64,000 nucleotides of DNA from Azolla caroliniana. Its lineage: Eukaryota; Plantae; Polypodiophyta. Shown here one piece after another: positions 10,863 to 24,857 of the stretch. Every line of letters begins with the position of its first letter. The first letter of the stretch is position 1. Both the position numbers and the translations under genes were made by a program. The notes under the pieces were generated by a model. That model had not been told where the DNA came from and did no database searches. It worked only from the letters and a program-made list of their open reading frames with translations. The DNA lies in NCBI GenBank assembly GCA_043228905.1, contig JBHGNT010000001.1, positions 12,648,001-12,712,000 of the forward strand, written 5' to 3'.

Positions 10863-11190
10863 ACGTAAGTTTGACTACCTTTGTGAAAGGAGAGGTGCAT
10901 GGGCAAACCCGAAACGCTCCCTTGTCACAAGACACACAAACAAATAAGCACAAATGACAATAACATATAAGATACGTAAGTTTGAATGACTTTGTGAAAG
11001 GAGAGGTGCATGGGCAAGCCCGAAACGCTCCCTTGTCACAAGACAAACAAATAATCACAAATGACAATAACATATAAGATACGTAAGTTTGAATGACTTT
11101 GTGAAAGGAGAGGTGCATGGGCAAGTCTGAAATGCTCCCTTGTCACAAGACACACAAACAAATAAGCACAAATAACAATAACATATAAGA
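10863..11190. repeat. Tandem array, right part, 3 units
   Basis: Same unit as 9075-9500; the phase continues across the family C insertion. Confidence 0.92.
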
Positions 11191-11192
11191 TA

Positions 11193-14077
11193 CCATATTT
11201 TTGACCTTAGCTGGATCCATAGAGATGCCTTCCAAGGAGATTACATAGCCTAGAAATTCCACCTGGTTGCACCCAAAACTATATTTTTCTAGTTTTGCAT
11301 AAAGACCATGTTCTTGAAGTCGGTTTAGTACTAATAGTACATGAGAATCATGTTATTTCGAATAAACTAGTAGATCATCCAAATAGATGATCAAACAAAT
11401 ATCCAAGAGATCTCGGAATATATCACTTGTTGCCAAAACCTAGAAGACTATTGGCGCATTGGTGAGACCAAATGGTATAACCGTATAATCCAAGTGCCCA
11501 TATCGGGTGCGAAAAGCGGTCTTCCATTCATCTCCTGGTCGAATCCGTATGAGGTAATATGGTCCTCGTAAGTCGTTCTTTGTGAAGAACTTTGCACCAC
11601 TAAACCCTTCTAAAAGACTCGAGATAAGGGGAAGTGCATACCTATTCCTAATGGTGACTTTATTCAGCCCACACTAATCCATGATGAGATGAATTGATCC
11701 ATCCTTTTTCTTGACAAAGAAAATGGGTGCGCCAACTGGAGATTTCGAATATCGAATGAACCCGTTTGCCGAATTCTCCTCTATGTAGGCTCGAAGGACT
11801 TCTAGCTCAGTTGGTGACAAGTTGTAGATCGGTCCCCATGGTGGCTCTTCTCTTGGTTGTAAATCAATAGGGCAATCATACAACCGATGGTGAGGAAGAG
11901 TACTGGCTTGCACCTTATCAAACACGTCATCATAATGATGATACTTCTCTGGAAGTTAAACCATGGATTCCTCGTTAGTGGTGTTGGAAGGTTTTAGTGA
12001 TATTGCAAATACAAACATTGATTCTTTGTGTCCTTCCTCATGCAATTGATGTAGCAAAATGGTTGAAATTCGATGAGTTGATCCTCGGGTTTGTCGATAC
12101 CGGATTTCTCTTGTTCTCCAATCTATGTCTGGGTTATGTAATTCAAACCATGGTAACCCCAAGACAATTGGATGCTCTAGACGACTAATTATATTATTGA
12201 TACTACACACACCAAATTATCTAGGACAACTTGAATCAACTCTAACTCTTCTACGATATTTCCCGAAGCAATGGGGCGACCATCAATGACTACTACAGAT
12301 GTTGGGCAAGGAAGCTCCAGAATCTAAGAGTGCTAAGACATGTACTTGGGGGGTACTTTTAGTACTAACTATTACTTGAGCTAAGAACACATTGCTAACT
12401 TCCTTAGAGGGAATGGAGCCACTAATGGGTTGCACAGATCTAGGGATGTCCAACCAAATGGCTTCTATTTTGGCTGGACTTAGTCATTTAACTCTTCTTC
12501 TAACTGACTAAGGACTTCAAATTTGTTCAATGGACTTGGGCTATTAGTACTATTAGTACTATTAGACACTCCTACTGAAATAGACTCAGGTTTAGTACAA
12601 GCTACTATTTGATTTACCTGTCTTCTTGGCCTATGTGCCCAGTTTACTACGATATGCCCTGGTCCTTCGCAGTAAAGACATAATCGATTTGTTTAGTGTC
12701 ATTGCTTTTCTTCTTCTGACAATGGTCCACAACAACGTGTGGTGTCGATTTCCATCGGTGTTGGAGTATTTCTCGGAGATTCATTATATGACTCCCTTAT
12801 AAATGGTTTTGCTATGACCGAGACATATGTGGGCTCCAACCTAGTCCATGCCATTTGTAACTAGCATTTTGTACGTCGTTCGAAAAGCCGATTATCACAT
12901 CGTTCCGCTCGACTGATTGCCTCTGTAAGTGATTTTGGTTCTTCGAGGAAAGTCAGGAGTAAGTCTTTGACATCATTTCGTAGGCCATATCGAAATTGCT
13001 CCATCAATGCTTGATCATCCCAGGGGATATTGGAGGCGAGTAGATGGAAATCTGCAGCGTAAGCGGAGGATGGACGATCACCTTGTCATAATCGTCGGAT
13101 TTTGTTGATTCTCATCCTTATGCTATCCGTATCTCCCAAACAGGCTTTAAACTCGCTTATAAACGCTTCAAAATTATTTAGTAATGGAGATCTTTTTTCT
13201 AACAACGAAGCAGACCATGCCAAAGCTGAGCCGCTTAGCAATGTACCTACTAGACCCACTCGTGATGCATCAGTGGGATATCAGCGAGGATGCATTTGAA
13301 TGACTAATCGTACCTGATTAAGGAATCCTCTAAACTGTGAATGTGTTGCATCGAATTTCATGGGAAGGCCAATCTTGGGCTCTTTAGGAATCCCTTGAGT
13401 ACTTGGTCCTTGTTGTTGCAGTGCTACAATGGTTGCTTCAAGTTGTTGCACGCGTAACGCTAACTCCCCATGTTGTTATTGCAACTCCCCATATTGTTGT
13501 TGCACTTGCTACTTTTCTAAAGAGGTTTGTTGAAGATCCCCCAACAGCCATTGATTTTCTTGTCCCCCAATTACAACTCCGAGAAAACAGATTGGTATTC
13601 TTGAGCACTAATAGTTGCCATAGTATTGGAGGAAGGAAGGATAAGAAGATTAGTATGAAGGAGAATTAGAGGCAAGGAGAATTAGTGCTAAGATAGAGGA
13701 GAAGAATGATGATTAGTACTAAGACAAGAAACAGTGTGTGAGAAGCACGAGAGAGGGGAGAGAGAGAGAGAGAGAGAGAGAGAGCTCGATAATGATGACA
13801 ACAATAAGTACATTATATTATATGAAGAAAGATACAAGAACACCTAGGAGGCTTAAGACTAGCGTTGAACCGAATTGGTTCTCAATAATGCCATGTGCCT
13901 TTTTTATAGTGTGCTTAGGAGTATTCTTGACATTTCTAGAATGTTCCAGAGAAATGTAGAATATACATTGATTTCCTAGGTAAAATAATAAATAAACTCT
14001 TTGTATTACAATGTATAGCTTAATGGTAGGGCTTCAACTCATGCGAGACAAGGTTATGGGTTCAAATCCTTTTGAAG
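11193..14077 (-). mobile_element. Degenerate Tcn1-like chromovirus fragment (partial LTR, gag, PR, RT)
   Basis: HRLYDCPIDLQP...PWGPIYNLSP...SPVGAPIFFVKKKDGS and EHPIVLGLPW. Homologous to pol 48507-49955 and gag 32100-32870. Confidence 0.88.
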
Positions 14078-15325
14078 CTATATCATGACAACTAGTTTGC
14101 AACCCATGTTGGTGGTTAGAATTATGTTTCCTATGCCAACGACCTCTGTCACGCCATGGTTAGCCATTTTGACTTTACCAAAGTCACCACCCGCATATGA
14201 CAAGAACATCTCTCGATTTGGGGTAATGTGGTACGAGGCTCCCGAATCGATAATCCAATAGGTTTGTTGGCATGCTAAACTGACACAAGCATCATCACAC
14301 GCAATGATGATATCACCATCACATTTGCATGTCATGGAATCATTTTTCTTGTTGTCAGTACTTCCACTCTTTGGTCCCTCTGTTTCTTCCTACAATCTCT
14401 TTCATAGTGGTGTGGACCACCACAATAATAACATGTGAAGTCTTTCGTAGAGTCTTTCCTATTTCTAGATTTATACCTCCCCTTAGAATTATTTCTATGA
14501 TTTTGTGGACCCCTAGCATGACTTCTTCCTCTAATGGAGTTGTTTTCTGTGACTAAGGCTTTATGGTCTTGAAACGTGTTGAGATGCTCTGCCATACTAG
14601 AGCCATCTTCATATCTAAGTCTTACAAGTTTCCTAAACACGGAGACTCTATTTAAGGCATTTTCGGTCTAAAACATATTTTCAATTTTCCCCCATAACCC
14701 GTGTGTTTTGGTTTCATCACCGAAATTGTTATATAGACTCATGTCTATAAAACAATGCATGTATGATGTTGTTTTTAGTTGCATTGCTTCCCAAGTTAAT
14801 GCATCTATGTTCTCAGGTTTGCTTATACCATGTAGTATGGGCAACCACAAGTCCTTACATACAAGCATGTCCCTCATTTTGGACTTCCATATGGAGTAGG
14901 TGGATCCGGTCAACTTAATCATCCCACCTAGTGATTCATCCATATTACAAGTTTTGCGGAGGGTATAAACCTCGACTTTGATATCATTTGATAGGAATAT
15001 GGGACTGAATAAGGATGATTTAAACTTCAAACACAATTAACAATAGATGAAACCACAAGACAAAAATGAGAGTACACCAAAAATTTTAACGTGAAAAACC
15101 CAAAATAGGAAAAAACCACGGGAACCGTAGGTTCCGAACAACTTCACTATGTTTTGAGTACAATGGAATACAACATCGCTAGAGGAATGTATCTACCTCA
15201 AGGCAATGGCCTTGGTTACAACCTTCACCCAATCGGGTGTATAGAATAATAAAGATTACAACTGAGTATAGTCTCTCTAGGTTTGAACTAGAGAAAATGA
15301 ACTAGCCTCAAGGCAACAACCTCGT
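14078..15325 (-). mobile_element. Ty1/copia 5' fragment (partial LTR, degenerate iMet PBS, gag with CCHC, protease)
   Basis: MDESLGGMIKLTGSTYSIWK, CYYCGGPHHYERDC, WIIDSGASYH. Confidence 0.88.
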
Positions 15326-16516
15326 CCGCGTCCTCTTCCTCCGTTCAAGTGCGTGGAGAGCATGTGGCCTTCCGACTCATTGCTCCTTGTACACACGTGG
15401 TTTTCTTCGACCAATAGCATTGATTGGAGCTCGAAGAAGGAGGGAGATTTCTCCCTTCCTAGAACGGTGGTTCACATCACGTCGAACCGTGGTGCGAGGC
15501 CGCCGAGGCATATTTGCACCATCTCATCATCATCGATATTTACGCTTATCGAGCCGAGCGAGTCGCAAAGCTCCTTGATCTTCAAGGTGTATGTCATGAT
15601 GGACATGTCCCTTTGTTGAATGTTGTTCAACTCTTGGCGGAGTTGAAGCCTTCTTGCGGTTGTGTTCGCCGCCAAAATCTTTCGTAGATTTTCCCATGCC
15701 TCCTTCGGCATCTTGGCTTCGCGAATGTAGCCGAGCATGTGATCGTGAACAATGTTGCCAAGCAATACATCACGCGGCTTGCGGCTTGCTCCCATGTCGC
15801 GTTTCCGGGAGCCGTTTCGACGGGTTGGTCTTCGTGCGCTCCTTTGATGTAGCTCCAATAGCCTTGTCCGACAAGGTATTGGTGCATTTTGTACTCCCAA
15901 GATGCGAAGTTGTTTCGATCCAACTTCTCAGTAGGGAGAGCGCTCCCCATTTGAGTATTCATTATGTCGATTCTTCTTCTTCTTCTTCTTCTCTCTTCGA
16001 ATGCAAGCTATGTAGCGAAGCTGCGATAGCGATGAGCCGATTCTTGGTCATCGGCGTAGGACACAACGCACGTGGATGGGCTAGATCGAGCTACCAACCT
16101 CGCTCTGATACCATGTAAAGAATCAAGAGATGGATTCTGTGCAATGGAATAGATATGAATTGTGTGTGTATGAGAGAGAGAGAGAGAGTGAGAGTGAGTG
16201 AGTGAGTGAGACAAGGAGTAAGACACAGAGAATACGCAAGGTAAAGTATATTAACAAAGGAGAAAGACTCAACATTATACAAGGTGGGAGGAGGGTGCTT
16301 TATATAGTGACCCTCTCTCTTCATTAACTACAAGACTCATGGAGCATGGGGAATGTGAAAGCTCATAAGTTATGTGTCATAGAATATGATTCTATGACTC
16401 ATACTTAATGCTAGAATACAAAGTGGTGACATAATGGTGACTCTTGACCGTTGGACTGTCTATTCACTCTCAAGGTGAGTTCACACACTAGACCAAGTTG
16501 AGCTTGATTCTCAACA
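15326..16516 (-). mobile_element. Ty1/copia 5' fragment (LTR 16114-16516, iMet PBS 16102-16113, gag)
   Basis: GCTCTGATACCA abuts the LTR end. Gag begins EKLDRNNFASWEYKMHQYL. Confidence 0.88.
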
Positions 16517-16559
16517 AATCCAATCCAATTTACTATTAGAATTCTAAGGGTTGAATAAT

Positions 16560-16715
16560 GTAATACAATACACTCGTGGGATTCACAAAGTTTTCTATCT
16601 CTCTTTCTTATAATATTTTCATAACTAGACTCGTCTCAAATTCTTCCTCCTCCTAGTCCAAAACCTTAGTGGTTCCCACCTGACTCACACAACGATCCGG
16701 CGCCGAAAGGAACGA
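16560..16715 (+). repeat. Partial family C LTR (3' part)
   Basis: CTCGTGGGATTCAC...GGTTCCCACCTGACTCACACAACGATCCGGCGCCGAAAGG matches the family C LTR end. Confidence 0.85.
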
Positions 16716-18270
16716 GGCCGTGATCTCTGGATCTGTACGATGAGAAGCATTTCCGGTCGGGGGTCAGATGGAACGACGCTCCGAAGTCGACCACCCATGT
16801 CATCTCGTCGCTGAGAAGATGTAGCTCACTGTCCTCGGTGATCAGCGACAGTTCTTCCTCACTTGTCGTGATTGCCGACGTCCCTCGTCTTTCCGAAATC
16901 TTTTTTGGTTCCGGAATGTCGGCTCCCCCTTTGCCTTTCCGGAAGTTTCGACAATTCTTCTAGAAGTGCCCCGGCTTCGACCTCGGCCCCCAATAAAAGC
17001 AAGTGGGCATCCCCCTTGACTTCGACCTCGTCCCCCACTAGTCCCAATTCTGGGGACTCCGATTCCAACCTCTTCCCCTAGTTGTGGTCATCTTCCGTGA
17101 CCAAGGCCTTCGGATCAGTTCCGGACTCCCGGTCCTTCCGGCGAGCTTCTTCATCCAGTAAGCTTGATTTTACCCTTGCTAGGGACAACATTTTCCTTCC
17201 GGCCCGGCGTTGCTCAAAGTGACAACTAACGTCTCCCAACTATCCGGGAGGGAACCGAGCAGGACCAATGCAAGTACCTGGTCGGCTAGAGGTACTTATA
17301 GCAACGTTGTTTGATTTATGAGCCCTTGGAATGCAGTCATGTGCTCCGCCATGTTGGATCCGTCTTGGTACCGGAGACTCACTAACTTCTGGAACACTGA
17401 AACCCAATTTACGACGTTCTTACTCTCCAACATGGTACCGATTTTCTCCAAGAGCACATGAGCCTTGCTTGCTTCATTGAAGTTGTTGTATAGGCTCATG
17501 TCAATGAAGCGCCAGATATATGCCGTTGTCTTCATATGCATCAGCCCCCACGTCGTGGCATCAATCTTGTCTGGTTTCTTGTCCCTGAATTGTACCGGCA
17601 GCCAGAGATCTTTGACCATGAGCATGTCCCTCATCTTCAACTTCCACACTGGGTAGTTGGAGCTGATGAGCTTGAACATGCTTCCAAATGACTCTTCCAT
17701 TTTATTAAAGGTTTAGAACCTTGTTCTGCTACCAGATTGAGAGGAATAGTGATCGGCCACAACTGAGCTGAACACTCAATGGAAGAACAAAACAGAAATG
17801 GAGATTAATACACTTACACAGACAACAGGAGGACACACGATGTTTACATGGAAAACCCTAATCATGAAAAACCATGCGAGCCAACAGACTCCAACTATCA
17901 CCATGTGATAAAGAATACAATATGAGACTCAGAGGCAACAACCTCTATGTCTTCGCCAACCGGTAGTTACAATAGAAACAAATTCCGTTTCTCTGTCTCT
18001 CACTGTCTTTGTACAACGATAACAACAGTAATGACAAGAACATATGAGTCTTCAACTCTACCAAAGTGGTTTCCCTAAGTCATATTTATACTTATATGAC
18101 TTTAGGTCTATTTACAAATATGGCCAAGACAGGCACACTAGAAACATATTTACATATATGTTCCTGGATCCGGTTCACACAGTATCCCATCCGGAGGGAC
18201 CGAATTCCTATCTTGAAAGATAAACGAGTTCTTGAATGAGCTAACTTAATGTCTCGATTACTAATGAATG
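16716..18270 (-). mobile_element. Ty1/copia 5' fragment related to 25455-31109 (LTR, degenerate PBS, gag)
   Basis: MEESFGSMFKLISSNYPVWK. LTR motifs shared with 25455-26296. Outer boundary is approximate. Confidence 0.82.
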
Positions 18271-19139
18271 TAGTTAAATGATGCATGAATGAACTTATCT
18301 GAGTCATCGTGCATGGAACATACTAAGACATAATTAATTTCTTCACGACATCAGCAAGCCAAGTCACCTACTAGCCTTACCTTCACTTTGCACTTTAATA
18401 AAAAAGCTTAAGACCATACCCACAAACACTTAAACCCCTTCATATTTTCCCAAATACCCCTCCTACCTAACAACATATTAAAACACACACACACACGTCG
18501 ACAATAAAACATACATATATATAAATATATAAACATAGAATTATTGAAGTGTATACTTACAAACACACATTAATATTTAAAACTCACATATATGTACATG
18601 TATCCTCCGCCCTTTTTTCGCACATTAAGGTTCATCAAGTCAACAAATTCATTTACACATATAAACGCACATGAATTATAAACACTTAGGAATCACAACT
18701 TTTATATGCACCTACTTAAACTTATCCCTTTGTTTTTGGTGGGAAAAAAAAAAGACGTATCCCTTCACACACAAAAATATATATATACATTTCTAAGAAT
18801 TCCTAAAAGATTGGAGCAAACATAGACATTAGTGATAGCACCACCTCTTTTACCCACGCAAGAAACTATCATCATAGGGGGGGTGTCTACCCTAATGGAA
18901 CCCATTGTCAAAGGCTATTGTCTAAAGTGGAAAAACAATGTTGATGAACGAATTTTTTGTATCTTGTTGATGGGTAGGGGTGGAACCAAGATCGGCTCCA
19001 CCTCCCTCCCAAGGGGAAGAGCCTGAGGAAGAGAGAGAGAGAGAGAGAGAATATTGAGAGGTAAAACTTCTACTTGTTCTATCCCCCATTCATGCCCCTT
19101 GGGTTGGTGGGGTTATATAGGTACATTACATGAGGGTTC

Positions 19140-19627
19140 TGTTGTCCGTGGGCCAAAAATGTAAAATATGAGAATCGCAATAGGAATTAGGTAGGAGTAG
19201 GTAAACAATCGAAAGCAATCAGAAGCAGCCAAAATAAATACAACTGAAAACGTGGAAGGAGGAGCGCGCCGAGGAACATTTATATAAGGAGCAGCAGATC
19301 AAAGGAAGAGAGGGAGACCTATATGAGAGAAGTATGAGGGTACTACGTAATTAATCCTACTATAGTGTATCTGATACATTCCGGCAGATAGTCGTGTAAC
19401 TGTAATCACTACTCATTTCCGTAATCCAAACAATGTTGGGTCTATTTTGTGTCATTGTTAAGTAACCTATCTCTCCCTATCGTGTATGCATAACCGAGGT
19501 ATCCTCTTACGTAATCTATAGGGTTTCATCCTGTTTCGTAAAATCAATCTGACCACCACGTACCACAGTCCCTTCGTCCGATTTCGGTTAGGAATCGAAG
19601 GTGTTGCCTCTCGAGAGGAAGGCAACA
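19140..19627 (+). repeat. 5' LTR of element D
   Basis: TGTTGTCC...GGCAACA with TATATAA at ~19282. Inverted copy at 40130-40619. Confidence 0.93.
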
Positions 19628-19632
19628 CAATT

Positions 19633-19645
19633 TGGCATGCCCGGT
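19633..19645 (+). promoter_or_regulatory. PBS TGGCATGCCCGGT, tRNA-Arg(UCU)-type
   Basis: 5 nt after the LTR. 12/13 complementary to ...ACCGGGCGTGCCA, the mismatch being one CpG transition. Confidence 0.7.
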
Positions 19646-22600
19646 TCACGCTATGTAGCAAAACAAACTCACGTGGTGGTAATCCCAATCGCCAGTACGG
19701 CGCCCAACAGAAGTACTCACTCTCGGCCACCGTCTCACCACACAGAGCCTGCCGAGGACACAACCGATTCCATGCTCACACAACATTCGTCCCCGGAATC
19801 GCGAGTCTCGCCATCAGTCAATCCGGAAACCCAATCTTTACCACTAGTAATCCCAGACTCACAGTCACATATCGGTCCTAATATTGCTACCCCTCCAAGT
19901 CCTCCGGAAGTCTCACATCCACCAGAGCGCAACCCTTTCCCCGCCCTTCCGGACGACCCAGATCTTGATACAATGTCGTATCACCCCTATGTACCCTACA
20001 CGGATGGCCCGGATGCCGAAGCCCACATCCGCTCCTTTCTCAACACATGGCAAGCCAACCATTCGACACAATGGCTCACTGCCGCGGAGATCGACGCCTC
20101 CAAAATCGCCGAATTCACTCTCTCCCTCGACGGCCCCGCTGCACAATGGTATTCCCGGCACGATCCTAGGGAGTTCACCACATTCCAGGACATCTGCACG
20201 CAGTTTTTGGAATTATTCCCCCAAGAGATTCCCAAACGGGAATTACTTCGGCAAATTTACACAATCGCACAAGAACCCAATGAAACCGTATCCCATTTTG
20301 TTCTCCGATTTCAAGATCTCTACAACCAACTGGCACAGGATGTCTCAGTAAACCATCTAAAGGATATGTTCTTGGCCGACCTCCGTGAGCCATTACGCAC
20401 AACGTTGGCTCTCACGGATTTTTCACAGCAAACCATCGAGCAAGTGGTTGCCCGCATTCTTCCGCTCGATAGGGCACATCATAGCAATTCATTCGCAATG
20501 GGCACGCTTCAAACTGCCTTACCAATGACTGAGGAAATGCAATTCCGGCCAGCATTACAATGCACGGTATGCGCCAAATCTGGGCACTCCACCCTTGACT
20601 ATCCTTCACGACCACACTGCCCCATCTGGGCATCGACAGTAAATATGATCACGGTCAACGTGTCGCGGGTGACCACATGCAGTAAGACCATGCAGCAATC
20701 ACATTGGGACATCCAGGACTCTCTTTGGCAATAGGCTAAGGACTGGGTAGATGCAGCCAATAATGCCAACATAGATCGTATGAAAGCCGACATAGCGGAA
20801 TCCAATGAACGGAAACACGGCCAACTACAGACCGCACACTCGGATTGACCTAGCTCTACCGATCACACTGATACTGATCCTGGGTGGCAGGCGCTCGTGG
20901 ACTCCCAAATCTCAATGCCGCTGCATAAATTGCTCCACTTGTTACCTCTCTTCAAGGAGGCGGTCCATTCCCTCACAAATCAGGATCCATTGCATCCATC
21001 TGTAAACCTCACAGCCCCGACACCAGGACCTCCTTTGATGGATTCACAAAATCCAGCCGTACAACTCAACATACGAGGTCATGAAGTTCCCAGATGCATT
21101 ATCGATGGTGGGTTAGGCGTCAATGTCATTAGCGATGCGACATGCAACAAGATCGGCATCATTCAATGGGAGTCGTGTCCATTCTGGTTACGTATGGTTG
21201 ATACACGGTCGATACGCCCAGTAGGCATCATCAAAAACATGGAATTTACCTTGGCAGGACACGCTTTTACCGTGTCAGCCATAATCTTACGCTTAGAGGC
21301 CCCTGGCGCTAACCCCCTCCTACTTGGACGTCCATGGTTGTGTACCGCTAACATCAAGCTGCACTAGCAGCATAACATGATCTCATTTCGACACGGGAAA
21401 ACCAAAGTCTGCATTCTTACGAAAGCACGGACCCCAACTCCTCGTGACAACAACCCATTATACACCGAAGGAGTCCATATGTTAGATGGTCTCGCGGACG
21501 ACGAGATGAACTCTTTCCTGGATGAGCACCCTACGATAGTTCCGCTTTTTGAAATCAACGTCCTTTCGGCCATCGAACCCTACGTAGCCAACCCCATAGA
21601 TCACAACGTTTCCCACGAACTTGACCCGGCATCAATAAAAGAACTTCAACAAGCCCGCGATGCCTTTGACCGCGAATTAGCAAGATCACAGCGTGTAAAA
21701 GCCTCCACCTTAGAAGACATCAATCTTGGCTCCCCTTCCGAGCCACGCACCGTAAAAATTGCCAAAGACCTGGCAACTAGCGACAGATCGTCCTTAATAA
21801 GATTGCTTACGGAGTATTAGGACGTGTTCACGTGGTCCTACAGCGACATGAAAGGCCTAGATCCTCAGTACTACCAACACCAAATACACATTCAAACGGA
21901 CGCACAACCAATTCAACAACGACGATACCATATGAATCCCAACTATGCGGCGAAAGTAAAAGACGAAATAGATAAATTGCTACACGTAGGATTCATCCGA
22001 CTGGTAAAAAGGGCCACATGGCTAAGTCCTATTGTGGTCATCCCAAAAAAGAATGGACAAATCCAGGTCTGCGTGGATTACCGGAAACTTAACGCTACCA
22101 CAGTCACAAATGCCTTTCCACTCCCATTCATCGACAACATCCTCAATACGGTGGCCGGCCACGATTGTTATAGCTTTCTCGATGGTTTCAGTGGCAATAA
22201 TCAAATTCGAATGCACCCAGATGATCAAGAGAAAACAACCTTCGTAACAGAGTGGGGTGTATTCGTAGCCGTGCTTATGATGTTCGGTTTGAAAACAGCC
22301 CCCACCACATTTCAACGCATCATCTCCGAAATCTTCGAGGACTTCATTTCAGCCTTTATGCAAATCTTCCTTTCGTGGTTTATGGACAACATGTGGAACA
22401 CCTTGCGCAATTACGATTATGCCTCAAGAGATGTTGGCACGCACGGCTCAGCCTCAATCTGGCCAAATGTGCTTTCCAAGTGACAAGCGGAGCTTTACTA
22501 GGTCACATTGTTAGTAAAGAGGGTATCACTATGGACCCAAAAAAAGTGCAAGCCATCTTGAATGCCCCGGCCCCCACCACGGCCAAAGCACTCTGTCGAT

Positions 22601-23687
22601 TTCTGGGCCAAATACGGTGGCATAGCCGTATGCTCCAATACCTTGCCGATTTCGCAACCCCTTTACATGCAAGAGTCCATACAGTGCCCTTTCGATGGAC
22701 AGAACGAGAGGACACGGCATACCAATCTCTGAAAGTCATGTTGTCCCAAGCCCCAGTAGTCCAACCCCCGGATTAGACAGAGCCCTTTCACGTATTCGTG
22801 AACGCATCCGATATCGCAATCGGTAGTGCTTTAATGCAAAAAACCCCACCAAATTGGTATCCCCTAGTCTACTACGCCAACCGCTGACTCTTGACAACAG
22901 AAAGGAATTACTCCACCACAGAACGAGAAGCACTCGGCATGATATATAGCGTTACAAAATTTGGGCACTATCTGCTCAGCCGAAAATTCACGTTCCACGT
23001 AGATCATTCGGCACTACTTTACCTTGTAAATAAGCAATCTCTGACTGGGCGGTTAGCACGATGGATGTTGCTCCTTCAGGAGTTCAATTTCGAGATTCAA
23101 CACCAACCAGGAGTTCAACACATGATTGCCGACTATCTTAGCCGCTTGGACACAGGAGAACCGTCAGACCAAGAATACGGTGATTTACCGGTCGACGCCC
23201 TATTCTCCATCGACACAACACCCATCGACTCTGGTCCTAACGACGCCTAGATCACCGAAATGACACAATTCCTAAGTACGGGACTTCCCTCAGACCACCT
23301 CACAATTTTCGTTAGAAAACGGTTAGTAGTCTGAAGCCGTAATTTCTGTCTATTCACGAATACGTTGTATCACAAAGCCTCGGATGGCATCTAGAGGCGC
23401 GCGGTTCAACAATTCAAGAAAGACGTCGTACTTCGGGAAGCTCACCATGGAATCGCGGGTGGGCGTTATGCAGGCGATGCCACAACCCAAAAAATCTGGT
23501 AGAGTGGGCTTTGGTGGCCAACCACAAAAAAGGATGCTCACGATTTTTGTAAACAATGTGATCTCTGTCAACGGATGGGACAACCAAATGAGCGTGACCA
23601 CATGCCTCACCAGCCGATCCTTCCCTTGGAATCATTCCAAAAATAGGGATTGGATTTCGTAGGCCCTTTTAAACCCCCTGCAACACA

Positions 23688-24857
23688 CACCAGAAACAAA
23701 TATATACTAGTAGCAACCGATTACTGTATGAAATGGGTCGAAGCAAAAGCGCTTCAAGATAACACGACAACATCAACCGCAAAATTCATTTACGAAAATT
23801 TATGGTGTTGTTTCGGTTGTCCAATCAAGCTAGTAAGTGATCAAGGAGAACAGTTTGTCAATCGAATCATACACAAATTAACCTCCCACTACATCGTCGT
23901 ACACAAGAAAAGCACCAGAAACAAATATATACTAGTAGCAACCGATTATTGTATGAAATGGGTTGAAGCAAAAGCGCTTCAAGATAACACGACAACATCA
24001 ACCGCAAAATTCATTTACGAAAATTTATGGTGTCGTTGTCGTAGTGTATTTCATACACTACATGAAAAACTTATAAAGTAACGTTTTAGTAAATATGAAG
24101 AAATAGAAGAAAATGTCAAAATAAATCATACATGCATAGGGCAAGATTCAAACCTTGCACCTCCATGTTAATAATGTGAAACCTTACCATTACACTAGCA
24201 TTTCATTAGTATTAAAAAGTAGATGTCCCACATAGAAAGTTAAGTTCATGTAGGATAAACTTTAGTTAAAAGAAAAAGTTACGCATGCATATCTAGCGTG
24301 CATGAACACTATAGTCGATAAAAAACGCACAAGATAGAAAAAGCATGATCACTTTAGATAAAGCATATAGTCTATCTATAGGAAAAGCATGGAGTCTATA
24401 GTTAGAAAAAAAAAGCATGGATTGTGAAGACTCTCTCATCACCATATAAGGAAATATTTGGGAAATTGGATATACTTCCTAAAACACCAATTAATATAAT
24501 CATGGGATTCACGAAAATAATATAATCTATACTTGTGGGATTCACAAGTTTCTTATATCTTTCTTTCAATCTAAATACATATTGTTATCTAAATACTAAT
24601 TAATAAAATATATTATACTTGTGCGATTCGCAAGTTTATAATAATCTATTCATAATTAAAATCGCCTCAAATTCTTCCTCTTCCTAGTCCAAAACCCCAA
24701 TGGTTCCCACCCGACTCACGCAAACGATCTGGCACCGAAAGGCACGACACCGTTTCGGTTGTCCAATCGGGCTAGTAAGTGATCAAGGAGGACACTTCGT
24801 CAATCGAATCGTACGCGAATTAACCTCCCACTACGCCGTCGTACACAAGAAAAGCAC
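23688..24857 (+). repeat. 225-bp in-frame tandem duplication in the element D integrase; the second copy is split by a solo LTR
   Basis: CACCAGAAACAAATATATAC at 23688 and 23913, with CACC microhomology. Confidence 0.88.
24037..24749 (+). mobile_element. Family C solo LTR
   Basis: TGTCGTAGTG...GGCACGACA with 4-bp TSD TCGT/CCGT. Confidence 0.92.

Noticed and set aside
8379-11190. CRISPR-like repeat/spacer array
   Set aside because: The spacers are homologous to each other, no cas genes are present, and the context is eukaryotic TE sequence; it is a satellite.
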